Source of the DNA: a candidate division WOR-3 bacterium
GTDB lineage: Bacteria > Hydrothermota > Tepidihabitantia > Tepidihabitantales > Tepidihabitantaceae
Direction: 5' to 3'
DNA: 13,856 nucleotides
Assembly (NCBI GenBank): GCA_039801225.1
Contig: JBDRUH010000040.1
Location: 1 to 13,856 of the forward strand
How positions within the stretch are numbered: position 1 is the first letter of the stretch; each line of letters starts with the position of its first letter. This document shows positions 1 through 8,638 of the stretch, piece after piece. The notes beneath the pieces are model-generated. The model saw nothing but the letters and a program-made list of their open reading frames with translations, did not search any database and was not told where the DNA came from. The position numbers and the translations under genes are program-made.

Positions 1-301
1 GACATTGGTTTTAGTTGATGATGTCATCTTCACCGGTAGAACGGTCCGCGCCGCCCTTACCGAAATTCTGGACTTTGGTCGACCGAGGCAGATTCAACTA
101 TTAGTGCTCATTGACCGGGGACACCGGGAATTGCCAATTCAACCCGACTTTGTTGGGAAGGTGATTAAAACAAAACGGGAAGACATAGTGGACATATATC
201 TTAAGGAAATTGATGGGAAAGATGAGGTGGTGCTTATCTCAGCCGACAGCCGACAGCTGACAGCCGGAGACGAAGGACGGAGGGGGGAAAAGGATAGTTG
301 A
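1..301 (+). CDS. pyrR: PyrR bifunctional pyr-operon regulator / uracil phosphoribosyltransferase (5'-truncated by window)
   Basis: Frame open from base 2: PRPP-binding motif [16 protein letters not shown] and PyrR-specific [16 protein letters not shown]; immediately upstream of pyrB. Stop TGA 299-301 overlaps the pyrB ATG (TGATG). Confidence 0.95.
   Translation, partial: TLVLVDDVIFTGRTVRAALTEILDFGRPRQIQLLVLIDRGHRELPIQPDFVGKVIKTKREDIVDIYLKEIDGKDEVVLISADSRQLTAGDEGRRGEKDS
240..267 (+). repeat. Heptamer tandem repeat CAGCCGA CAGCCGA CAGCTGA CAGCCGG within the pyrR 3' end
   Basis: Read directly: four units of period 7 at 240, 247, 254 and 261, followed by GGAGACG AAGGACG GAGGGGG (about 266-286). 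Confidence 0.85.
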
Positions 302-1242
302 TGGAACTAAAGCATTTATTAGGCATTGCTGAGCTGAATCGGGATGAGATTCTTACCATATTAGAGCAGGCAAAGAGGTTTCGTGAGGTGCTTGACCGAC
401 CCATCCCAATCGTCCCGGCACTCAGGGGAAAGACAATTGTTAATCTTTTTTTTGAGCCTTCTACCCGCACGGTAACCTCTTTTACCCTCGCTGCGACCAG
501 GCTTTCGGCTCAGTGTCTAAACTTTGCTGCTGCTACTTCGTCCGGGAAAAAGGGCGAGAGCCTTTTGGACACCGTCCAGAATATCGCGGCGATGCGGGTG
601 GATGGCGTGGTAGTTCGCCATTCCTGCGCCGGTGTCCCGCACTTTCTTGCCCGGCGGGTGAACTGCTTTGTTGTCAATGCCGGGGATGGCTTTCATGAAC
701 ACCCTAGCCAGGCGCTCTTGGATAGTTTCACCCTAAGAGAGCATTTCGGTAATCTGGAAGGGAAAAGGGTGCTGATTGTCGGTGACATCGCCCATTCTCG
801 AGTCGCCCGTTCCAATATTCTTTGCTTGATAAAATTGGGTGTGAAGGTGGCGGTGTGTGGTCCCCCAACACTTTTGCCCGCAGACATTGCCGATTTAGGG
901 TGTGAGGTTTTTCACCGGCTCGACCACATTCTTTATGAGGTGGATGTGGTAAATATGCTGCGACTGCAGGTGGAGCGGATGAGTGGCAATATGATTCCCA
1001 GTATGCGGGAATACCGGCAGTTTTACGGACTCACTCGGGAAAGATTCTCACGCCTTCGTTCGGATGTGGTGATAATCCATCCGGGACCGGTGAACTGGGG
1101 GGTAGAAATGGACTATGATGTTAAGGATTTGCCTCAGACATTGATATTGAACCAAGTGAAAAATGGTGTGGCGGTGCGGATGGCGGTTTTATATCTCCTT
1201 GCGGCAAGCCGGGGTCTGCTCAAAGGAGAAAAGGATGAGTAA
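301..1242 (+). CDS. pyrB: Aspartate carbamoyltransferase catalytic subunit
   Basis: FFEPSTRT carbamoyl-phosphate motif, NAGDG..EHPSQALLD, GDIAHSRVARS, HPGP. ATG at 301 preceded by AAGGA (290-294), preferred over TTG at 298. Confidence 0.97.
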   Translation: MELKHLLGIAELNRDEILTILEQAKRFREVLDRPIPIVPALRGKTIVNLFFEPSTRTVTSFTLAATRLSAQCLNFAAATSSGKKGESLLDTVQNIAAMRVDGVVVRHSCAGVPHFLARRVNCFVVNAGDGFHEHPSQALLDSFTLREHFGNLEGKRVLIVGDIAHSRVARSNILCLIKLGVKVAVCGPPTLLPADIADLGCEVFHRLDHILYEVDVVNMLRLQVERMSGNMIPSMREYRQFYGLTRERFSRLRSDVVIIHPGPVNWGVEMDYDVKDLPQTLILNQVKNGVAVRMAVLYLLAASRGLLKGEKDE

Positions 1243-2506
1243 AATTCTCTTTAGCGGAGGTTCATTGATTGATCCAATCCGGGGGACTATTAAAAAGGCG
1301 GATGTGTTGGTGGTGGATGGCAGGATAGAAATGGTGCGGGCGAAAATCAAGGCGCCTGAAGCCCAAAAGATAAATTGTCAGGATAAGGTTCTTGCTCCGG
1401 GGTTCATTGACCTCCACTGTCATCTCCGAGAGCCGGGGGAGGAGAGTAAAGAGACGATCGCATCAGGGTGTCGTGCCGCTTTTGCCTCGGGCTTTACCCA
1501 AATCTGTCCGATGCCCAATACCACACCACCGATTGACTCTGAGGCGCTGGTCCGGTTTGAGATTCAGGCGGCAGCGATGGCAAATGGAGCGAGAATTATC
1601 CCGGTGGGTTGTTGCACAAAGGGAAGGCAGGGAAAGGAGTTGGCAGAACTGGGCGGAATGGCTGCTGCCGGTGCCCGGGCGATCTCCGACGATGGCGACT
1701 GGGTTGCAGATAGCGGGCTATTTCGGAGAATCCTGGAGTATGCCAACACCTTTGACCTTTTGGTAATCTCCCATTGTGAAGTTCCGGAACTCTCGGGGGT
1801 AGCGGACGAAAACATATTTGCTACCAGGCTGGGTTTGAGACCCTCGCCCTCGGTGGCCGAGGCGATTGCCGTTGCCCGGGATGTTCTCCTTGCCGAATTC
1901 ACCCGCTCCCGGCTGCATATCTGCCATGTCTCCTCTGGGACCACAGTTGATATCCTACGCTGGGCAAAGCGACGAGGTATTAAGGTTACTGCTGATACCT
2001 GTCCTCATTATTTCACCCTTACCAGCCAAGCCTTAAAGGATTTTGATACCAGTTACCGGGTAAACCCGCCATTGCGGAGTGAGGCTGACCGCCGGGCGAT
2101 AGTCAAAGCCTTGGTTGATGGAACAATTGATGCCATTGCTACTGACCATGCTCCTCATACTCCAGAGGAAAAAGAACGAGAGTTTGAAAACGCCGCGCCG
2201 GGTATTATCGGTTTTGAGACCGCATTCAGCCTTGGGTTTGAGGCGCTGGTTCTTAAAAAGAAATTAAGCCTGATGGAGTATATCGCCCGACTGACCGTTA
2301 TGCCCGCCCAGATTCTGGGGATTGAACCACCAACAATCGCACCAGAAGGTGAAGCGAATTTGGTAGTTTTGGATACAGAGGCGAAGTGGCAATTCACGGA
2401 AGATAAAATCCTTTCGCAATCCAAAAACACCCCATTTTTAGGCAAGGTAATGCGAGGCAGGGTTGTCGCAACCCTCTTAGGGGAAAACCTTTTCTTTAAC
2501 CCTTAA
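1235..2506 (+). CDS. pyrC: Dihydroorotase (long, multifunctional-complex type)
   Basis: PGFIDLHCHLREPG, MPNT, SDDG, HICHVS, NPPLR, ATDHAPH, SKNTPF. Start ATG 1235 after AAAGGAGAAAAGG, overlapping the pyrB end, rather than 1163. Confidence 0.95.
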   Translation: MSKILFSGGSLIDPIRGTIKKADVLVVDGRIEMVRAKIKAPEAQKINCQDKVLAPGFIDLHCHLREPGEESKETIASGCRAAFASGFTQICPMPNTTPPIDSEALVRFEIQAAAMANGARIIPVGCCTKGRQGKELAELGGMAAAGARAISDDGDWVADSGLFRRILEYANTFDLLVISHCEVPELSGVADENIFATRLGLRPSPSVAEAIAVARDVLLAEFTRSRLHICHVSSGTTVDILRWAKRRGIKVTADTCPHYFTLTSQALKDFDTSYRVNPPLRSEADRRAIVKALVDGTIDAIATDHAPHTPEEKEREFENAAPGIIGFETAFSLGFEALVLKKKLSLMEYIARLTVMPAQILGIEPPTIAPEGEANLVVLDTEAKWQFTEDKILSQSKNTPFLGKVMRGRVVATLLGENLFFNP

Positions 2507-2523
2507 TAGACCATATCATTTTA

Positions 2524-2565
2524 ATTCCAAATGCCAACTTCAACTGGCAGAATTTTTCTTGGAAT
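2524..2565 (+). terminator. Imperfect hairpin downstream of pyrC (possible terminator)
   Basis: TGCCA(2532-2536)/TGGCA(2545-2549) stem followed by GAATTTTTCTT; outer ATTCCAA(2524-2530)/TTGGAAT(2559-2565) inverted repeat. Confidence 0.4.
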
Positions 2566-2567
2566 CA

Positions 2568-2595
2568 TTGACACAATTAGATGAAGTATTATTAT
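2568..2595 (+). promoter_or_regulatory. Sigma70 promoter for the yjbQ operon
   Basis: TTGACA (2568-2573), 16 nt, TATTAT (2590-2595); ATG follows 7 nt later. Confidence 0.7.
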
Positions 2596-2602
2596 TAAGG
2601 GC

Positions 2603-2998
2603 ATGGTTTCCCTTTCCGTTACTACTCACAGCCGGACCGAACTGGTTGATATTACCAGTAAGGTCCAGGAGATAGTGGAGAAGACCGGTGTGAATTCCGG
2701 TATATGTTTCATATATGTCCCGCATACCACCGCTGGTGTAACGGTAAACGAGAGTTATGACCCGGATGTGGCAAGGGACATTACTACCACCCTGTCCCGG
2801 CTGGTGCCCAGCAATTTCAGGTATGAGCATACCGAAGGGAATGCCGATGCCCATATCAAATCGGTTCTGGTCGGTTCATTTCAAGCGATACCGATTGAGA
2901 AAGGTAGGCTGGCATTGGGCAGATGGCAGGGGGTCTTCTTCTGTGAGTTTGATGGACCAAGGGAACGCAAATGTCTAATAAAAATTATTAGTGGATAA
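2603..2998 (+). CDS. yjbQ: YjbQ/UPF0047 family protein (secondary thiamine-phosphate synthase enzyme family)
   Basis: HTTAGVTVNE, YEHTEGNADAHIKS, LGRWQGVFFCEFDGPRER are the family signatures. Confidence 0.92.
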   Translation: MVSLSVTTHSRTELVDITSKVQEIVEKTGVNSGICFIYVPHTTAGVTVNESYDPDVARDITTTLSRLVPSNFRYEHTEGNADAHIKSVLVGSFQAIPIEKGRLALGRWQGVFFCEFDGPRERKCLIKIISG

Positions 2999-3011
2999 AA
3001 AAGGAGGAGCA

Positions 3012-4088
3012 ATGCCCAGTCATAAAAAACTGTTTATCCCCGGACCGACTGAGGTGCGGGAAGAAATCTTAAAGGCGCAGGCAAAGTGGATGATAGGACA
3101 CCGTTCTAAGGAGTTTGGTGAACTGAATCAGCGGTGTGTGGAGAAGACGCAAAAGATTCTCAAGACGAAAAATTATGTGTTCTGGTGGACCGCTTCCGGA
3201 ACCGGTTTGATGGAGGGGGCGATTCGCAACGGGGTGCGGAAAAAGGTTCTCCATTGTGTGAATGGCGCCTTTTCAGACCGATGGTTTAAGATTTCACAAG
3301 GATGTGGCAAGGAGCCGGGCGCGGTGCGAGTGGAGTGGGGTAAGGCGATAAAACCGGAGATGGTTGATGCGGAACTGGCGAAAGGAGGATATGAGGCGGT
3401 TACAATAACCCAGAATGAAACATCAACCGGGGTGCGGGCCCCAATTGAAGATATCGCCCGGATGGTGAAAAGTAAATACCCGGATGTGCTGATTTTGGTT
3501 GATGCGGTCTCCAGTTTAATGGGTGACTGGTTTGACATTGATGGTTTGGGACTTGATGTTGTGGTTGCGTCAAGCCAGAAGTGCGTGGCTTTACCACCCG
3601 GGCTGGCGGTAGCGATTATTTCCCCGCGGGCGATGGAGAAATGCCGGACGATTCCTGACCGCGGTTATTATTTTGATTACGATGCGATGCTGAAGCGCTA
3701 CGAGAAGGACAAGCAGACACCGACCACCCCGGCAATATCGCTATTCTGGGCGCTTGATGCGCAATTGGATGCGATTCTTGCCGAGGGGATGGAAAACCGG
3801 CATCAGCGGCACTTGATGATGGCGAAGTTCACCCGGGAGTGGGCGAAAAGGTATTTTGCGGTATTTCCGGAAGAGGGTTATGAGTCGGTAACGCTGACCA
3901 CGGTCACCAATACCCGAGGGATAAGCGTCAAGGATTTAAATTCCGCCTTAGGGGAAAGAGGTCTGCAAATCTCCAACGGCTATGGCGATTTGAAGGAGAA
4001 GACCTTCCGAATTGCCCATATGGGCGATTTAACGATGAAGGATATGGAGGAAGTTACCCAGGCGATTGTTGATATTTTGAAGTTGTGA
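3012..4088 (+). CDS. Class-V PLP-dependent aminotransferase (alanine-glyoxylate / serine-pyruvate family)
   Basis: IPGPT, IGHRS, NETSTG, VDAVSS, ASSQK (PLP lysine) PPGL, TPTTP, FRIAHMG. Strong RBS AAGGAGG (3001-3007) before ATG 3012. Confidence 0.9.
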   Translation: MPSHKKLFIPGPTEVREEILKAQAKWMIGHRSKEFGELNQRCVEKTQKILKTKNYVFWWTASGTGLMEGAIRNGVRKKVLHCVNGAFSDRWFKISQGCGKEPGAVRVEWGKAIKPEMVDAELAKGGYEAVTITQNETSTGVRAPIEDIARMVKSKYPDVLILVDAVSSLMGDWFDIDGLGLDVVVASSQKCVALPPGLAVAIISPRAMEKCRTIPDRGYYFDYDAMLKRYEKDKQTPTTPAISLFWALDAQLDAILAEGMENRHQRHLMMAKFTREWAKRYFAVFPEEGYESVTLTTVTNTRGISVKDLNSALGERGLQISNGYGDLKEKTFRIAHMGDLTMKDMEEVTQAIVDILKL

Positions 4089-6331
4089 ACCTTTTCACTT
4101 GGTTCGGTATTGCCATTTTAAGTTTTACCGGACCAGGAATTAGCCGGGTTAGAGTCGGTGAGCCATTTTCACCGCCACCCTATTTCAGCGCTAAAGACAT
4201 CTTTTTTACCAATGGATTAAAGATAGATACCCGGCAGCCGTCAGCCGACCGCGGTGAGCCGTCAACCTATTGGCTAATTCACTTCTCTGAGCCGATAAGA
4301 CATAAGTGGCTTTCTTTACTTAAAGAGAGGGGGTTTGAGCCGGTATGTTACATCGCTTATCAGACGGTGGTGGTGAGAAGAAACAAAGCTATCCATGTCA
4401 ACTTATCTCAATTGCCTCAAATAAAAATTGACTGGTTAGGTCCTTATCTACCGGAATACAAACTTGCTCCGGAACTATTGAAGAGCCAGAAAGCTAAGGA
4501 ACTGGCGGTCGCGTTATGGAGTGGGGAGGTGAGGGTGGTAAGCGGAGTGCGCGATTTGAAGTCAATTATAGAAGATGAAGATGTTGCCTGGGTGGAAAGG
4601 GCAGAACAGTTTAAACCGTTTAATCGTGATGTCCAGTGGGTGATGCAAATCGGGTGGCGTCCGATGGTGCCCGACCCGATAGAAGGAAGAAGGGTTTGGC
4701 GCTATGGGATTCGTGGTCAGGGGATGGTAGTCGGGCTGTTTGATACCGGAATTAACACCGCTCATTATATGTTCTATGACCCTTTGGTTCCCATTGAGAA
4801 TCCTGGTTTGTATCCCAATCACCGGAAGATAATCGCCTACAAGTTGTATCGCGATGCCGCGTTCGGCGATGCCAGACTTGCCGAATATCATGGTTCGGCG
4901 GTTGCCGGCACGCTTGCTGGTAATGATGAAATAATGGGTGATTCCAGCGACTTAGACGGTATTGCCCCAGATGCCAGAATTTACTTCCTTGATATTGCTC
5001 GTGCTAATGGACAGTATGTGGTCTCCGAGGATTTGAGTGAAGCCCTTGACTCAGTCCGGCTGGGCAGAGGGCTTTCTGAACCGGTGTATCAAGTTTCCGG
5101 CTCATTTGGCTCAGGGGGATTCTTAAGTTATTATCGCCTTCCTGAGGCATCGGTTGATGCGGTCTGTTGGGAGGACAAACAGTTCTTGGTAGTCTGGGCA
5201 GCGGGTAATGAAGGTGGCTCAAAATATCGGCTGGGGCACCCGGCCGGTGCGAAGAACTGTTTGACCGTGGGTGGTTGTGGAAATGGGACCAAAAGCAACA
5301 CCATTTATCTTTCTTCTTCACCTGGTCCAACCCGGGACGAGCGAATAAAACCCAATGTTGTCGCACCGGCAGAAAATATCTGGACGGTTAACGGTGAAGG
5401 TGTCAACACCTATTGGGTGAGGGAGGGAACAAGTTTCTCCGCCCCGGCAGTGAGCGGTGCCCTTACCCTGCTCCGCCAGTATTTTAAAGAGGGGTGGTTT
5501 CCAACGGGAGAACCCAACCCAAACCACCGAATTGAAAAGGTCAGTTCCGCTCTGATGCGAGCACTTGCCATCTGTGCTGCCGACACATCTGTTGGTGATG
5601 AGGTGGTGCCTAATGAAAAGGTGGGCTGGGGTAGGCTTAACCTTTCTAACATTATGCACTTGCCGGACGACTCCATCGCCTTTACCTTTGTGGATGAGAC
5701 GATAGGGTTGGAAACTGGTAGATATGATGAGTATGAGTTTATTCTTGACCGTCGGGAGCCGCTAACGGTTGTGCTCGCCTGGACCGACACCGCTGCTGCC
5801 CCGCTTGCCCAGATAGCCTTGGTGAATGACCTTAATCTGGAACTGGAAAGTCCGGATGGCAACCGCTACCGGGGAAATCAGTTCTACCGGGGACGCTCGG
5901 TTCCCAATCCAGCGACCTGGGATGAGAGAAATGTTGAAGAGGTGGTGAAGATTGCCCTGCCGTTAAACGGCAGATGGAAAATCAGGGTTTATGCCCGTAA
6001 TATCTATACTCAGAGGCAACCTTATGCTCTGGTGGTCAAGGGTGGCATTAAAGGGTTACCACCCGGGATAGAAGAGAAGTACCGGGTGTCTAAAGGGAAT
6101 TTCACCAAGGAAGATGCTTTCTCCACTATTATTCACTCAGCCCAGTCTCTTTTCCTTCCGGCGAATGCTGCCCTGCAAATCTATACCATTGACGGGAGGC
6201 TTATAGCACAATTTGCCACCTCTCAGGAGCAGAAGGTCAACTGGCGGCCGGTTCGGGCTGGTGTGTACTTTTATAGATTAAAATTGGCGAATAACAAAAC
6301 CTTAACCGGGAAGTTAACAGTAGTTAAATAA
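4085..6331 (+). CDS. Secreted S8 subtilase (KP-43-like) with C-terminal beta-barrel and T9SS/FlgD-like sorting tail
   Basis: Catalytic Asp GLFDTG, His HGSAVAG, oxyanion AAGNEG, Ser GTSFSAP; KP-43-type GWGRLNL, LAWTD, LVNDLNL, NVEEV, QPYALVV; tail IYTIDGRLI...GVYFYRL...KLTVVK; hydrophobic N-terminus. GTG start overlaps the upstream TGA (GTGA). Confidence 0.9.
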   Translation: MNLFTWFGIAILSFTGPGISRVRVGEPFSPPPYFSAKDIFFTNGLKIDTRQPSADRGEPSTYWLIHFSEPIRHKWLSLLKERGFEPVCYIAYQTVVVRRNKAIHVNLSQLPQIKIDWLGPYLPEYKLAPELLKSQKAKELAVALWSGEVRVVSGVRDLKSIIEDEDVAWVERAEQFKPFNRDVQWVMQIGWRPMVPDPIEGRRVWRYGIRGQGMVVGLFDTGINTAHYMFYDPLVPIENPGLYPNHRKIIAYKLYRDAAFGDARLAEYHGSAVAGTLAGNDEIMGDSSDLDGIAPDARIYFLDIARANGQYVVSEDLSEALDSVRLGRGLSEPVYQVSGSFGSGGFLSYYRLPEASVDAVCWEDKQFLVVWAAGNEGGSKYRLGHPAGAKNCLTVGGCGNGTKSNTIYLSSSPGPTRDERIKPNVVAPAENIWTVNGEGVNTYWVREGTSFSAPAVSGALTLLRQYFKEGWFPTGEPNPNHRIEKVSSALMRALAICAADTSVGDEVVPNEKVGWGRLNLSNIMHLPDDSIAFTFVDETIGLETGRYDEYEFILDRREPLTVVLAWTDTAAAPLAQIALVNDLNLELESPDGNRYRGNQFYRGRSVPNPATWDERNVEEVVKIALPLNGRWKIRVYARNIYTQRQPYALVVKGGIKGLPPGIEEKYRVSKGNFTKEDAFSTIIHSAQSLFLPANAALQIYTIDGRLIAQFATSQEQKVNWRPVRAGVYFYRLKLANNKTLTGKLTVVK
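4235..4269 (+). repeat. Degenerate heptamer array inside the S8 prodomain coding region
   Basis: CAGCCGT CAGCCGA CCGCGGT GAGCCGT CAACCTA; same unit type as the pyrR array. Confidence 0.55.
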
Positions 6332-6358
6332 AGACCGAGCACCGAAGACTGGTGTCCG

Positions 6359-7285
6359 TCATCCGCTATTGGAATGGAGAAAGTTTCTAACCCATCGGTC
6401 ATTGATTATTACCTCCCGGTTGTAAAGCACACCGGCAACTTTGATTCCCTTAATCCCCTCTAAGAAAGCCACCTTAGTCAAAAGGTCTGCTACCCCCCAA
6501 ACATCAGCCTCAACACCGATAAACTTTCTACTTATCGGTCTGCCACTGAAGATTAGTTCAAAACTATGACCGCTGAGGAGTTTTTTAAGCTGTTCAGAAC
6601 TGTAGCCGGTCTCTAAAAGAAAATGAAAATGACCGAAGTTGGCGCTTACCGTCCAGTTGATTGAGGCATGCAGAGAAATCATACCAGTAGGGTTTGATTC
6701 TCGCCAAAGTAGCCGGTCTAATTTGGCTCTCACCCACTTTTCTTCTTTTCCTAATGCCTTACCAATAGCACTGGGTGGCTGGGTGGTGTTTTCTGAGAGA
6801 ACCTGGAGCAAATCCCTTTCCTCTGAAGAAAGTGGCAGAGCAACCGGGAAGAGATACTCTTGGACCCGGAACAACTCAACCTCTTTAACCTCAGAAAGTG
6901 ATTGAATAAAGCGACTTTCGGTCTCAAAATCCCGGGAGTAAAAAAGGAGTGCCAGGTTCGGACCGATTCCCGATGGTAGAGCAGTGTTAATGACAATTTC
7001 CGTAACAAAAGGGAGCCGTTCCACCAATTTCATAGCGACCGCTTCTGGATTTGCGGCGGTTTTTGCCAGCACTGCTGCCCAAACCCACTTGCCTCCTAAC
7101 AAAAGCGGAATATTAAGGGTAAGGTGAAAGGAGCGAATTACCCCGAGGGTGATAAGCCTATTCAGGTGTTTTTGATAACCATCCCAGTCAAGTCCCACCG
7201 GCGTGAGTTCAGCTGTATCCGTGAACCAGCCGCGTGACTCCGCTATTCTTAAGGCGGTTACATCTAATGGTTCGAGAATCGCCAT
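6359..7285 (-). CDS. Tandem (duplicated) Lrp/AsnC-like protein, 308 aa
   Basis: Two Lrp-like wHTH segments (LEPLDVTALRIAESRG...HLNRLITLGVIRSFHLTLN and LSSEERDLLQVLSEN...AIGKALGKEEKWVRAKLDRL), each followed by an alpha/beta region. ATG at 7285 shares a base with the upstream TAA (TAATG). Confidence 0.6.
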   Translation of the reverse strand: MAILEPLDVTALRIAESRGWFTDTAELTPVGLDWDGYQKHLNRLITLGVIRSFHLTLNIPLLLGGKWVWAAVLAKTAANPEAVAMKLVERLPFVTEIVINTALPSGIGPNLALLFYSRDFETESRFIQSLSEVKEVELFRVQEYLFPVALPLSSEERDLLQVLSENTTQPPSAIGKALGKEEKWVRAKLDRLLWRESNPTGMISLHASINWTVSANFGHFHFLLETGYSSEQLKKLLSGHSFELIFSGRPISRKFIGVEADVWGVADLLTKVAFLEGIKGIKVAGVLYNREVIINDRWVRNFLHSNSG

Positions 7286-8580
7286 TAATACGCTCCGCGA
7301 CGCGACAAAATCACTGGAACGGTCTTCAGAATTATTGCCAAATCGCCTAAGAGGCTCCACTCCCGAACATAACGGGTATCGAGTCGGACTCGTTCCTCAT
7401 AACTGAGGTCAGTTCGTCCGGAAATTTGCCATAAGCCTGCCACTCCGGGCGGGACCCGGAATAGAAGCAGGGAGTAATCCTCATAATAAGGGATTTCCTT
7501 TTCCACGATTGGCCTGGGTCCGACCAAACTCATATGTCCGACAACGACATTCAGTAGTTGGGGTAGTTCATCAATACTTGTCCGGCGGAGCCATCTACCC
7601 ACCGGCGTAACCCGAGGGTCATTTTTCAGTTTAAAAGTTTTCTCAAACTCTGCCTTTTTTTCTGGGTCTTGTTCAAGTATTTTTTCTAATAACTTATCCG
7701 CATCCTGAAACATTGTCCGGAACTTAAGTAGAGAGAATTCCTGCATATTTCTGCCCAGTCGCCGGTGACGATAAAAGACCGGTCCCGGGGTGGTGAGTTT
7801 AATAATGAGGGCAACAACCAATAAAAATGGCGCCAGAACAATCAACAGGGTAATAGAGATTATTAAATCCACTATTCGTTTCAACCGCCGGGCAATGCCG
7901 TCGTTACCAAACGGTCCGATTCGCCTTGGATGGGGTCCAAAGAGATAGGAGAACATACGGAAGGAACTAATCCCTATAAAATCAATAAAGTAACGGGCGG
8001 CTAAGGCGGAGGTTAGATGCTCGGTTTCTGGGTCGGTAATATCAACAACAACAATATAAAAATCCCTCGCCCTGCCAAATCTATCGGTGTTTTCTTTTAA
8101 CCAACTTTGCAGTTGATTGATCGGGACAACTTGGACACAATCAAAGCCCCACCATCGGAGGAGTCCGGTTTTATTGCTATTAAAATCGGTGATAAGCACA
8201 CATCGCTGGGGAAAAGAATAACGAAAGATGAGTCCAACAAGGGGTTCTAAGAAGGTAAGATAGAACCAGAGGGCTAAAAAGAACTTGACATTCAACGGCT
8301 CGCAAGACGGCCAGATGGCAGTAAGCCCGCTGTAAGCCAAATAAGTAAGCGCAAACGCCGCTTGACTGCGGGCAGTGAGTCCATAATTTATCCGGGCGAT
8401 GGACTCAAACTCGCCGACTAAATAACTGGCGAATACCAACAGAAGCCATACTATTAATACGGTGGTGATGCTAGTGGAAAGAGGAACAAATAGCAGACGG
8501 AAAAGGGCGATTATAAAAAAAAGAAAAAGGAGTTCTAAGAGGATTAAGAGTTGGTTATTGTGCCGTTTGACTTCAGGCAT
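7285..8580 (-). CDS. Polyprenyl-phosphate glycosylphosphotransferase (WbaP/WcaJ-like sugar transferase)
   Basis: About 4 N-terminal TM helices; KRIVD plus membrane helix; [44 protein letters not shown]. Start placed at ATG 8580, downstream of the promoter. Confidence 0.92.
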   Translation of the reverse strand: MPEVKRHNNQLLILLELLFLFFIIALFRLLFVPLSTSITTVLIVWLLLVFASYLVGEFESIARINYGLTARSQAAFALTYLAYSGLTAIWPSCEPLNVKFFLALWFYLTFLEPLVGLIFRYSFPQRCVLITDFNSNKTGLLRWWGFDCVQVVPINQLQSWLKENTDRFGRARDFYIVVVDITDPETEHLTSALAARYFIDFIGISSFRMFSYLFGPHPRRIGPFGNDGIARRLKRIVDLIISITLLIVLAPFLLVVALIIKLTTPGPVFYRHRRLGRNMQEFSLLKFRTMFQDADKLLEKILEQDPEKKAEFEKTFKLKNDPRVTPVGRWLRRTSIDELPQLLNVVVGHMSLVGPRPIVEKEIPYYEDYSLLLFRVPPGVAGLWQISGRTDLSYEERVRLDTRYVREWSLLGDLAIILKTVPVILSRRGAY

Positions 8581-8590
8581 AACCTTTTTA

Positions 8591-8619
8591 AGTGTAGCGG
8601 GTGAAGTAAGAGGAGTCAA
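8591..8619 (-). promoter_or_regulatory. Sigma70 promoter for the sugar transferase/Lrp-like pair
   Basis: Minus strand TTGACT (8619-8614), 17 nt, TACACT (8596-8591); 10 nt to ATG 8580. Confidence 0.7.
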
Positions 8620-8620
8620 A

Positions 8621-8638
8621 CCGGAGTTATTTCTCCGG
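8621..8638 (-). terminator. GC-rich hairpin, probable terminator of the fmdB-HU-bS22 transcript
   Basis: Minus strand CCGGAG-AAATAA-CTCCGG followed by TTTG; the U-tract is short. Confidence 0.5.

Noticed and set aside
1163..1234. N-terminal extension of pyrC in the ORF track
   Set aside because: Lies inside pyrB; ATG 1235 has an RBS and a typical DHOase start.
6359..7285. Siroheme decarboxylase AhbAB/NirDL fusion
   Set aside because: No recognisable HCYxR-type motif and no heme-biosynthesis neighbours; not formally excluded without an HMM search.
7286..7360. Upstream start of the Lrp-like ORF at 7360
   Set aside because: Overlaps the transferase C-terminus; the TAATG-coupled ATG at 7285 matches the beginning of the HTH.
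8581..8619. TTG start at 8619 for the sugar transferase
   Set aside because: That TTG is the -35 hexamer of the promoter; ATG 8580 is preferred.
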